A stretch of 32,000 bases of DNA from the sequence record CM079450.1; one strand, 5' to 3'. Each line of letters starts with the position of its first letter. Within the stretch, counting starts at the first letter, position 1. This document shows positions 22,610-32,000 of the stretch, piece by piece. A model generated the notes under the pieces. It was not told where the DNA came from. It searched no databases and saw only the letters and a list, made by a program, of their open reading frames with translations. A program made the translations under genes and the position numbers.

Positions 22610-22850
22610 ACAGCTACTGATCGTGGCCTTGGGAGGCTTTTACCCCCACCAACTAGCTAATCAGACGCAAGCCCCTCTTTCGGCGGTTTTAACCCGTTTC
22701 GCTCCTCAGCAAATTATGGGGTATTAGCAATAGTTTCCCAATGTTATCCCCCTCCGATAGGTAGGTTCTTACGCGTTACGCACCCGTTCGCCACTACAAT
22801 AGAGTCACTTACGTTAGTCTATCTCGTTCGACTTGCATGTGTTAAGCATA

Positions 22851-22889
<39 letters not shown>

Positions 22890-22939
22890 GGATATTTTAT
22901 TTTTTCTCCTTTGCACAAACCCAATTTTTTTTGGTCTAT

Positions 22940-22991
22940 GCGCTTCTTTCCTTTAGGAAAGCATATACGCTTTCCTAAAGGAAAGAAGCGC
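22940..22991. repeat. E-family nested palindrome in the 16S leader
   Basis: gcgcttctttcctttaggaaagc-atatac-gctttcctaaaggaaagaagcgc has 23-nt exact inverted arms. Family members lie at about 11497, 12709, 20968, 26413, 27487, 28046 and 31195. Confidence 0.9.
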
Positions 22992-23157
22992 GGAGGTGCA
23001 GAGAAGTAGAAATACACTTTCTTTCTTATCTCTTTTTTCTACTTAAAATGAAGCCTTATAAAAAGGCAAAGCAAAGCAAAGATTAAGAAAAAATAGCGCA
23101 TAGCTTTATAGCTTTTTAAAGCTTTTTAGTTTTTTGTGAACATTCCTTTCACTCATA

Positions 23158-23186
23158 AATATATCTTTTTATACATTTTTTGTCAA
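23158..23186 (-). promoter_or_regulatory. Candidate sigma70-type (PEP) promoter for the rRNA operon
   Basis: The - strand reads TTGACA (23186-23181), a 17-nt spacer, then TATATT (23163-23158). This lies about 270 nt upstream of the mature 16S 5' end, in non-repeat AT-rich sequence. Confidence 0.4.
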
Positions 23187-23809
23187 ATCAATGGGGTTTT
23201 TTCCTATAAGAACCCCTTTAACTCTTTTATAGACTATGCTTTCCCCTATATATTTTTGTTTTAAGGCTGCCTTCCGGTCCGGTAGCATAAGCTTTGCTTA
23301 TACTACCGTCAGAAGACCGGTCCATTCCCTAAAGGGAAGGCTTCGCCTTGCTCCCCAAAGGGGAGAAGTGCATGGACCGGTCCGGTAGCATAAGCTTTGC
23401 TTATACTACCGGACCGGAAGAAGAGCTTATATGAAATATAATAAAAACTTCTTATATTTCATATAATTATATGAAATATAAGTTTTTAGTTATATTTTCC
23501 TTTTGTAAACTAGAACTTTTTTTAATTTATGGCCAAATTATTATTTGTTTTTTTATTTTAAAAATAAAAAAGAAGAAGAGCCTTATATTATGCCAAAGCA
23601 AAGGCATGATAGTGCTTTTCCGGTCCGGTAGGAACCGGCCTGTGCATAGTATAAGCAAAGCTTATGCTTAATTTAAAAGAAGAGAGAACACCAAATAATT
23701 ATTTGTTTGCGCAGAACAGAAAAGTGCTTATAAATAATATAAGGCTGTCGGTGTTCTCCCGAAGAAAATAAAGCCTTCCCTTTAGTTTGTTTTTTCTGTT
23801 GGCGCTTTT

Positions 23810-23847
23810 CCGGTCCGGTAGGAACCGGCCGGTTCCTACCGGACCGG
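23810..23847. repeat. Palindrome A, copy 8
   Basis: Identical 38-mer. A truncated copy lies at about 23616-23640. Confidence 0.97.
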
Positions 23848-24172
23848 AAGAAAACACCAACTAAAGGAAAGAAGAATGGACCGGAGGATGATATAATTTA
23901 TAAGCACTTTTCTGTTCTGCGCAAACAAATAATTATTTGGTGTTCTCTCCTTTGTATAAGCAAAGCTTATGCTTAATTTAAAAGAAGAGAGAACACCAAA
24001 TAATTATTTGTTTGCGCAGAACAGAAAAGTGCTTCGGCTTCGCCGATGGACCGGTCCGGTAGTATAAGCAAAGCTTATGCTACCGGACCGGAAGGACGCA
24101 CAAACTAAAGGGAAGGCATTTATTTTGTGCATAAGCAAAGCTTAACCCCTTCGTTAAAAGAAAAGTGCTTTT

Positions 24173-24274
24173 CCGGTCTTCTGACGGTAGTATAAGCAAA
24201 GCTTATGCTACCGTCAGAAGACCGGTCTTCTGACGGTAGTATAAGCAAAGCTTATGCTACCGTCAGAAGACCGG
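24173..24274. repeat. Direct tandem dimer of the 53-nt B hairpin (both cores aaa) overlapping by a shared CCGG
   Basis: Units 24173-24225 and 24222-24274 are identical. Confidence 0.95.
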
Positions 24275-24554
24275 AGGGACAAAAAATAAAAAAAATAAAA
24301 GCCTTTTTACTGTAAGAGAGAACACCAAATAATTATTTGGTTCTATAAAAAAAGAAAAAAGAAAAGGGGGTGCCTTTTAGCTTATAAGCTTATGTTATGA
24401 ACAAAAAAACAAAAAAACAAAAAAAAAGAGGGGTATTTTATAGGTTTTTATAAAAATCCCGCTATAAAAAAGGGTACCTTTTAGCTTATAAGCTAAAGCT
24501 TATAAACTTCATTTATGAACAAAAAAAAGGGGTGCCTTTTAGCCTATTAGCTTT

Positions 24555-24638
24555 AGCTTAAAAGCTTAAAAGCTTAAAAGCTTAAAAGCTTAAAAGCTTA
24601 AAAGCTTAAAAGCTTAAAAGCTTAAAAGCTTAAAAGCT
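24555..24638. repeat. 8-nt tandem array (agcttaaa) x10
   Basis: Ten exact copies at 24555-24634 plus a partial copy. The inverse arrays (agctttta) have only 4 copies, at 25484-25515 and 26150-26181. Confidence 0.95.
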
Positions 24639-24764
24639 GAAGTTTATAAGCTTTAGCTTATAAACTTCATTTATGAACAAAAAAAAGGGGTGCCTTTTAG
24701 CCTATTAGCCTATTAGCTTTAGCTTATAAGCTTATAAGTTTATAAGCTATAAGCCTAAATGAAG

Positions 24765-24843
24765 TTTATAAGCGTGTGTTTATAAGCGTGTGTTTATAAG
24801 CGTGTGTTTATAAGCGTGTGTTTATAAGCGTGTGTTTATAAGC
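24765..24843. repeat. 14-nt tandem array (tttataagcgtgtg) x5 plus a partial copy
   Basis: Five exact copies at 24765-24834. Confidence 0.95.
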
Positions 24844-25349
24844 TAAAGCTTATAAACTTCATTTATTCACAAAAAAAGGGGAGGTATTTTATAGGTGAAG
24901 TAGTTAGGACGTAAAAACACCGCTATATAACTTATTATATAATTTATAGGGGGTGTTCTCTGGAAAGAACACCCATAAAATAGGCTGTTAGATAATTTTA
25001 GTTGCTTTTGTTTAAACGCTTACAAACCAATTTGGTTTGAAGGCACCCCCTTTTTTAACTTATAACCCAAGCTTATAAGCTATTAGGCACCCCTTTTTTT
25101 TGTTCATAAATGAAGTTTATAAGCTTTAGCTTATAAGCTAAAAGGCACCCCCTTTTCTTTTTTCTTTTTTTATAGCGGGATTTTTATAAAAACCTATAAA
25201 ATACCCCCCCTCTTTTTTTTTGTTTTTTTGTTCATAACATAAGCTTATAAAATATAAGCTTTAGCTTATAAACTATAGGGCACCCCCTTTTCTTTTTTTA
25301 TAGCGGGATTTTTATAAAAACCTATAAAATACCCCCCCTCTTTTTTTTT

Positions 25350-25430
25350 GTTTTTTTGTTTTTTTGTTTTTTTGTTTTTTTGTTTTTTTGTTTTTTTGTT
25401 TTTTTGTTTTTTTGTTTTTTTGTTTTTTTG
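25350..25430. repeat. 8-nt tandem array (gttttttt) x10
   Basis: Ten exact copies. The homologous position in sibling F units carries 1-3 copies (for example 25211-25230, and 24401-24430 in inverse orientation). Confidence 0.95.
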
Positions 25431-28400
25431 TTCATAACATAAGCTTAAAAGCTTTAGCTTATAAGCTTTAGCTTATAAACTTCAGCTTTTAAGCTTTTAA
25501 GCTTTTAAGCTTTTAAGCTTTAGCTTTTAAGCTAAAAGGTAACCCTTTTTTTATAGCGGGATTTTTATAAAAACCTATAAAATACCCCCCCTCTTTTTTT
25601 TATTTGGTTCGTGAATAACCCTTGCTTTTAGACTTATAGCTTAGAAGCTAAAGGCACCCCCTTTTTTTGTGAATAAACTAAGATTATAAGCTTTAGCTTT
25701 TAAGCTAAAAGGTAACCCTTTTTTTATAGCGGGATTTTTATAAAAACCTATAAAATACCCCCCCTTTTCTTTTTTCTTTTTTTATAGCGGGATTTTTATA
25801 AAAACCTATAAAATACCCCCCCTTTTCTTTTTTCTTTTTTTATAGCGGGATTTTTATAAAAACCTATAAAATACCCCCCCTCTTTTTTTTTGTTTTTTTT
25901 GTTCATAAATGAAGTTTATAAGCTTTAGCTTATAAACTTATAAGCTATAAGCTAAAGCTTATAGGCTAAAAGGCACCCCTTTTTTTTGTTCATAACATAA
26001 GCTTATAAGCTTATAAGCTTTAGCTTATAAGCTAAAAGGTAACCCTTTTTTTATAGCGGGATTTTTATAAGCTCACCGCAAGAAATCACCTATAAAATAC
26101 CCCTTTTTTGTGAATAACATAAGCTTATAAGCTTTAGCTTATAAACTTCAGCTTTTAAGCTTTTAAGCTTTTAAGCTTTTAAGCTAAAAGGTAACCCTTT
26201 TTTTATAGCGGGATTTTTATAAAAACCTATAAAATACCCCTCTTTTTTTTTTTTTTGTTCATAACCCTTGCTTTAGACTTAAAGCTTATAAACGAAAAGG
26301 CACCCCTTTTTTTTGTAAATAAACTATAGGGCACCCCCTTTTCTTTTTTCTTTTTTTATAGCGGGATTTTTATAAAAACCTATAAAATACCCCCCTTTTC
26401 TTGTGAATAAACCTTTCCGCGCTTCGCGCGTATATGCGCGAAGCGCATAGCTTTTAGACTTATAGCTTAGAAGCTTCATACTTTTAGCTTATAAGCTAAA
26501 GGCACCCCTTTTTTTTGTTCATAAACTAAGCTTATAAGCTAAAAGGCACCCCCTTTTTTTGTTCATAAACTAAGCTTATAAGCTATAAGCTTATAGGCTT
26601 ATAAGATAAAAGGTACCCCTTTTTTATAGCGGGATTTTTATAAGATCCCCACTTCACCTATAAAATACCCCCCCCCCCCCTTTTTTTTTTTATTGTGTAT
26701 AACATAAGCTTTTAGATTTATAGCTTATAGGCTATAGGCCAAATTATTATTTGGGCTAAAAGGCACTCCCTTTTTTTTTGTTCATAAACTAAGCTTATAA
26801 GCTTTAGCTTATAAGCTAAAAGGTACCCTTTTTTATAGCGGGATTTTTATAAGCTAACTACTTCACCTACAAAATACCCCCCTTTTTTTATTTGGTTTGT
26901 GAACAACATAAGCTTTTATATTTATAGCTTATAAGCTAAAAGGCACCCCTTTTTTGTGTTCTCTCCATAAACTAAGCTTATAAACTAAAAGGTGCCCCCT
27001 TTTATAGCGGGATTTTTATAAGATCACCGCTTCACCTATAAAATAGGCCCCCTTTTTTTTGTTTTGTTTTTTGTTAATAACCCTTGCTATTAGACTTATA
27101 GTTTATAAGCTTTAGCTTATAAGCTATAAAACACTCACCATTAAAGATTCCAGCGGGATCTTTTTAGGCGCACCACTTCACCTATAAAGGCACCCCCTTT
27201 TTTTTTTGTGAATCCCCCTTGCCTTTAAATTATAAAGCACCCACTATTAAAGATTCCAGCGGGATTTTTTTGTTTGTGTCCCTCTGCACAAACGAAGGGG
27301 TGAGGCGAGAGAACACCACTTCACCTATAAAATAGCCCCCCCCTTTTTTTTATTTGGTTTGTTCATAACCCTTGCCTTAAAATTAAAAGGCGCCCCCTAT
27401 CCAATATTCTAGCGGGATTATTGTTGGCAATCCAGAAGAAAACACCACTTCACCTATAAAAGAGCCCCTCTTTTTTTTGTTTTTTTCCGCGCTTCGCGCG
27501 TATATGCGCGAAGCGCATAGTGAATAACCTTTACCTTTAATATACCTAGATTTAAAAAAGCTATAAGGCACCCCTAAAAATAATCTAGCGGGATCTTTTT
27601 GTTCCGAGGCTCATCACTTCACTTATAAAAGAGCACCTTTTTTTAATCACTCTTGCTTTAAATCTATAAGGCACCCCTAAAAATAATCTAGCGGGATCTT
27701 TTTGTTCCGAGGCTCATCACTTCACCAAAGATACCTCCTTTTTTTGTGAATAGGCTTTGCTTAAAAAGCTATTAAAAGCTATAAGGCACCCCTAAAAATA
27801 ATCTAGCGCAATATTTATGGACCCACCATTTCACTTATAAAATAGCTATCCCTTTTTTTTTTGAATAAGCTAAGCTTTTAAGCCTATAAAAAAGGGGGTA
27901 GCTCTTTATGCTTTTGCTTGATACTATAAAGAGCTACCCCCCTTTTCTATAAGCTTAGCTTTTAAGCTTAATACAATAAAAGGGAGAGAAAACTTTATTT
28001 CTTTAAGCAAATTAAGCAAATTAAGCAAAGAACCCCTTTTTCTTTTCCGCGCTTCGCGCGTATATGCTTTCCTAAAGGAAAGAAGCGCATAGTTCATAAC
28101 CTTTGCTTAAAAAACAATAAAGCACTCCTTATAAATAATATAACAAAATCTTTATGGGCTCCCACTTCACCTATAAAATAGGCCCCTTTTTTTTACAAAC
28201 CTAAGCTTATACGTTATAAGGCACTCCCTTTTTATAGCTTTTAAGCAAAGGTATAACAAAAAAAGAGGTGTCTTATAACTTATAAGCTAAGTCTTTTTTC
28301 TTTTTATACTTTTGAAAAAAGTTTTAAGGCACCCCTTTTTATTTTGGATTAAAGGCACCCCTTTTTATTTTGGATTAAAGGCACCCCTTTTTAAGCCTTA

Positions 28401-30140
28401 GTTTAAAAAAAGACACAGCTCCCTTTTAAAATTTATAAGCACTTTTATGTGCAATAATTATTTGTTTGCGCAGAACATAAAAGTATATGGACCGGTCCAT
28501 TCTTCTTTCCTTTAGTTGGTGTTCTCGTCCCTTTAGTTTGTTTTTTCGGGAGAACACCAACTAAAGGAAAGAAGAAGAAAAAACAAACTAAAGGGAAGGC
28601 TTTATTTTCTTCGGGAGAACACCGACAGCCTTATATTATTTATAAGCACTTTTCTGTTCTGCGCAAACAAATAATTATTTGGTGTTCTCTCTTCTTTTAA
28701 ATTAAGTATAAGCAAAGCTTATGCTTCTCCCCTTTTTTTTTTATAAGGGGTGAAAAGCACATAAGGCAAGGACCGTAAAAGCACTATTATACCAAAAGCA
28801 TAATATAAGGCGAGGTCTTAAATAAAAAGGGGAAAAGAAGCACTTTTCTTCAAAAGGAAGGGGGGTCCACCAAAATAAAATATAAAATAAAATATAAAAT
28901 AAAAGAAAAGTCTTGCTGCTTGATTAAACTGCTTTCCTTCCGGTCCGGAGCATAAGCAAAGCTTATACTACCGTCAGAAGACCGGTCTTCTGACGGTAGC
29001 ATAAGCTTTGCTTATACTACCGTCAGAAGACCGGTATATGCACTTCGGGGTCTAATCATTTGGGGAGTGCAAGGCTTTTTTTTTGTGCCCCTTATATAGT
29101 GTATAAGGGGCGTTTTTTTAGATTTTCCCCTTATATAATTTATAAGGGGTGTTTTTCTGTCAGAAAAGCTTTCACCTTATATAATTTATAAGGGGTGTTT
29201 TTCTCTGCACTATCATCCCAAAGGGATAATATAACTTCCCTAAAGGGAAGATAAAGGGAAGAAGCGTTAAAACAAATAATATAAGGCTTCCTTCTTATAT
29301 AATGATATAATTATATAAAAGGTGTCTTTCAAATAATATAAGGCTTTCCCCTTATATAATTTGCTGGTGGTCCCCCTTTTTTATTTGCAATAAAAAAAGG
29401 GCTTCCTCTTTTGCTGGTGGCCCCCCCCTCCCCTCTTTATTTTTATAAAAAGAGGGGGGGGGGGAAACTGAAGGGGGGGCTTTTTTTTTATACACTACCT
29501 TTGTTTGGTTGGAGAGAACACCAAATAATTATTTTGTTTAAAAGTATATAAGGCTCCGCGTTAAAAGCAGTTTTAATAGGTGCTTTTCCGGTCTTCTGAC
29601 GGTAGCATAAGCTTTGCTTATACTACCGTCAGAAGACCGGTCTTCTGACGGTAGTATAAGCAAAGCTTATGCTACCGTCAGAAGACCGGAGGCTTTATAT
29701 ACAAAAAAAGACTGCTATTTTAAAAACCTTCCTCTCTTAAAAAATTAAAAAAAGTATATATATATGACTTTCTCCCTTGTTTCTTTTCTTATTGTGGCCT
29801 TTCTTTTTGCACACAATAAATTATATAGGGTATTTACGGCTCTTTCCCGGTCAAAAAAAAAACAAAAAATAAAAAATATAAAGGCCTTACATCAAATAAG
29901 TATTTTGTTTCCATAAAAAAACTGTTTAAAACACAAGCATGAAAAGAAAAGGGAAACTTTTTTGTTGTCGCTTTATTTCATGCAAGAGTGCACTCTAAAA
30001 GATAAAAAGAAGGTTCCTGTTGTGGTAAAAAAACAGGCAGCTAAATCTATATAAAAAGGGCTCTTATAGTTCATCTATATAATATACCCCTATTAAAGAT
30101 AAAAAGGGGACCCCTAAATAATAATTTGGGGTGCTTTTCT

Positions 30141-30178
30141 CCGGTCCGGTAGGAACCGGCCGGTTCCTACCGGACCGG
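30141..30178. repeat. Palindrome A, copy 9 (left end of a 229-nt compound palindrome)
   Basis: Identical 38-mer. Confidence 0.97.
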
Positions 30179-30331
30179 AAAAGCACAAACGAAGGCTTTA
30201 TTTTCCAGCCTTATATAATTTATAAGCACTTTTCTGTTCTGCGCAAACAAATAATTATTTGTTTGCGCAGAACAGAAAAGTGCTTATAAATAAATATAAG
30301 GCTGGAAAATAAAGCCTTCGTTTGTGCTTTT

Positions 30332-30369
30332 CCGGTCCGGTAGGAACCGGCCGGTTCCTACCGGACCGG
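30332..30369. repeat. Palindrome A, copy 10 (right end of the compound palindrome)
   Basis: Identical 38-mer. Confidence 0.97.
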
Positions 30370-30821
30370 AGAAAAGCACTTTTCTGTTCTGCGCAAACAA
30401 ATAATTATTTGGTGTTCTCTCTTCTTTTAAATTAAGCATAAGCTTTGCTTATAGTATAAGCAAAGCTTATGCTACCGTCAGAAGACCGGATGAAAGAAGA
30501 ATGGACCTGCAAAAAAGTAAAAGGTATACTTTAAAAGGGGGGTAAAGGTATGCTTAAAAAAGGGGGTAAAGCCCTAAAAATATATAAGCTTAAAAAAATA
30601 TATATAAGCTTCTAGGGTTTTTTAAGTTCATAAAAGAAGTAATTAAAAATAATTTGTATGTGGAAGGTTGGTTATTGCCCATCCCTTCCAAAATTGTTAA
30701 TAGGTGGGCTAAATTTATGTGGCATTTTTCCCGGTCCGGAGCATAAGCAAAGCTTATACTACCGTCAGAAGACCGGTCTTCTGACGGTAGCATAAGCTTT
30801 GCTTATACTACCGTCAGAAGA

Positions 30822-31003
30822 CCGGTTTTTGTTTGTGCAGAGGGGGATGATTTTTTACAAAAGGGGGTATGATAAGGGGGTGAGTTTAAAAAAGTAAAAA
30901 AGGGCATTCTTCCCGGTTTTTGTTTGTGCAGAGGGGGATGATTTTTTACAAAAAGGGGAATGATAAGGGGGTGAGTTTAAAAAAGTAAAAAAGGGCATTT
31001 TTC
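30822..31003. repeat. Tandem duplication of a 91-nt unit (2 copies, a few substitutions)
   Basis: The unit ccggtttttgtttgtgcagagggggatgattttttacaaaa...aagggcatt.ttc appears at 30822-30912 and 30913-31003. Confidence 0.9.
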
Positions 31004-31027
31004 CCGGTTTTTGGGGGGATCATTTTT

Positions 31028-31147
31028 GCTTTATTTTCCAGCCTTATATTATTTATAAGCACTTTTCTGTTCTGCGCAAACAAATAATTATTTGTTTGCG
31101 CAGAACAGAAAAGTGCTTATAAATAATATAAGGCTGGAAAATAAAGC
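31028..31147. repeat. 120-nt perfect palindrome
   Basis: gctttattttccagccttatattatttataagcacttttctgttctgcgcaaacaaataa|ttatttgtttgcgcagaacagaaaagtgcttataaataatataaggctggaaaataaagc. I checked the arms as exact reverse complements. Confidence 0.93.
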
Positions 31148-31868
31148 CTTCCCTTTAGTTTGTTTTTTCTGTTGGTGTTCAAGAAAACACCCCTTCTCCG
31201 CGCTTCGCGCGTATATGCTTTCCTAAAGGAAAGAAGCGCATAGTTAAAAGAAAAGTGCTTTTCCGGTCCATGCACAAAGTGCAAGGCGAAGCCGAAGCAC
31301 TTTTCTGTTCTGCGCAAACAAATAATTATTTGGTGTTCTCTCTTCTTTTAAATTAAGTATAAGCAAAGCTTATGCTACCGTCAGAAGACCGGTCCATTCT
31401 TCGCACAAACTAAAGGGAAGGCTTTATTTTCTTCGGGAGAACACCGACAGCCTTATATAATTTATAAGCACCAAATAATTATTTGGTGTTCTCTCCATAG
31501 CATAAGCAAAGCTTATACTTAATTTAAAAGAAGAGAGAACACCAAATAATTATTTGTTTGCGCAGAACAGAAAAGTGCTTATAAATAATATAAGGCTGTC
31601 GGTGTTCTCCCGAAGAAAATAAAGCCTTGCTCCCTCACCCCTTCGTTTGTGCAGAGGGACACAAACAAATTATTATTTAGGGGAGAAGTGCTTATAAATT
31701 ATATAAGGCTGTCGGTGTTCTCCCGAAGAAAATAAAGCCTTCCCTTTAGTTTGTGCGAAGAATGGACCGGAGGGACGCACAGACAGAAGAAAACACCAAC
31801 TAAAGGAAAGAAGAATGGACCGGTCTTCTGACGGTAGGAACCGGCCGGCTAGTAATAATATAAAAGAT

Positions 31869-32000
31869 TTATTCAATTAAAGCTTGATAAGTGGCCACTG
31901 TAGTAGGTGATGATCTATTTAAATGACGAAAAATTAAATATTTAAATAACACATCTAATAAAACAGGCAAAGTAGCTACTAATAATAAAATAACAGTTTC
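31869..32000 (-). CDS. cemA: Chloroplast envelope membrane protein CemA, C-terminal 43 codons plus stop (continues beyond the right edge)
   Basis: The reverse-complement frame reads [43 protein letters not shown]. It matches the conserved CemA C-terminus pattern P-V-[IL]-LD-x-x-FKYW[IV]FRYLNR-x-SPS-x-V-x-x-Y. It is absent from the ORF track because it is truncated by the window edge. Confidence 0.7.
   Translation of the reverse strand, partial: ETVILLLVATLPVLLDVLFKYLIFRHLNRSSPTTVATYQALIE

Larger units (their letters stand above)
23270..24300. repeat. SDR-saturated gene-free DNA (same families as 7250-13040)
   Basis: A, B, caccaaataattatttggtg and gcttataaataatataaggc modules are present in both orientations. 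Confidence 0.9.
24300..28400. repeat. Satellite-like array of F-family units (aaaagg[c/t]acccctttt hairpins + taagcttataagctttagcttataagc + tatagcgggatttttataaaaacctataaaataccccc), decaying toward the right
   Basis: The string tatagcgggatttttataa recurs more than 15 times in one orientation from about 25180 to 27020, and in the opposite orientation at about 24437-24475. Unit spacing is irregular (about 60-250 nt). Degenerate derivatives (ccagcgggat, ctagcgggat) continue to about 27700. Confidence 0.85.
30141..30369. repeat. 229-nt near-perfect compound palindrome bounded by two A palindromes
   Basis: The arms are reverse complements except for one small indel or mismatch patch (tatataatttataagc vs gcttataaataaatata). 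The centre is caaataa|ttatttg at 30254/30255. Confidence 0.92.
28430..31860. repeat. SDR-saturated gene-free DNA with long compound palindromes; interrupted by two short unique islands (about 29700-30120 and about 30490-30730)
   Basis: Same modules as the left repeat block. 28940-29034 and 30731-30825 are identical 95-nt B-dimer segments. A further B dimer lies at 29588-29689. Confidence 0.9.

Noticed and set aside
24300-28400. Possible CRISPR array (a regularly recurring ~40-nt string tatagcgggatttttataaaaacctataaaataccc with intervening sequence)
   Set aside because: The 'spacers' are themselves repeats of the same few modules, and spacing is irregular (about 60-250 nt). The repeats degenerate along the array, the polarity flips at about 25000, there are no cas genes, and the context is a plastid genome.
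29036-29230. Three ccccttata(t/a)a.t.tataagggg hairpins followed by T-runs, resembling Rho-independent terminators
   Set aside because: No gene lies upstream on either strand for them to terminate. They are most likely another small hairpin repeat family. Plastid 3' inverted repeats act mainly as RNA-stability elements and need an adjacent gene.
23471-31876. ORF-track ORFs in the right repeat block (23471..23671+, 27383..27571-, 30590..30793-, 31117..31317-, 31673..31876-)
   Set aside because: Same reasoning: they are repeat-derived, short, and their peptides duplicate those of the left block. No independent coding evidence.

Overview
This window reads as green-algal chloroplast DNA. The gene content points to a chlamydomonadalean-type chlorophycean, but the species cannot be named from sequence alone. 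Recognisable genes, left to right:

(1) + strand: the 3' ~6.8 kb of a hyper-expanded rpoC2. Only the last ~370 codons carry conserved beta'' blocks.

(2) - strand: a complete rRNA operon running from 22890 down to 13121, in the order rrn16, trnI(GAU), trnA(UGC), rrn23, rrn5. It is interrupted by four apparent group I introns, one in 16S and three in 23S. Three of them carry LAGLIDADG homing-endonuclease ORFs, one of which looks I-CeuI-like at LSU site 1923.

(3) - strand: the last 43 codons of cemA at the right edge. This is not in the ORF track.

About 45% of the window (about 7250-13040 and 23270-31860) has no credible genes. It is built from a few families of modular, GC-rich palindromic short dispersed repeats (SDRs), long perfect palindromes, microsatellite-like arrays and a ~4 kb satellite-like array.

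The most interesting observations concern the behaviour of these repeats:
- Ten identical copies of a 38-nt perfect palindrome.
- A hairpin module whose triloop is flipped between otherwise identical copies.
- A shared ATAAGC-loop-GCTTAT core across families.
- Repeat modules inserted in frame into rpoC2 and into an intron homing-endonuclease ORF.
- Repeats inside rRNA-operon spacers and introns.
- An rpoC2 reading-frame break at a G12/A9 homopolymer tract.

I saw no prokaryote-style defence or CRISPR system. All homology statements come from reading the sequence and from remembered conserved motifs. No searches or folding programs were run. E. coli rRNA numbering is my own approximate hand alignment.
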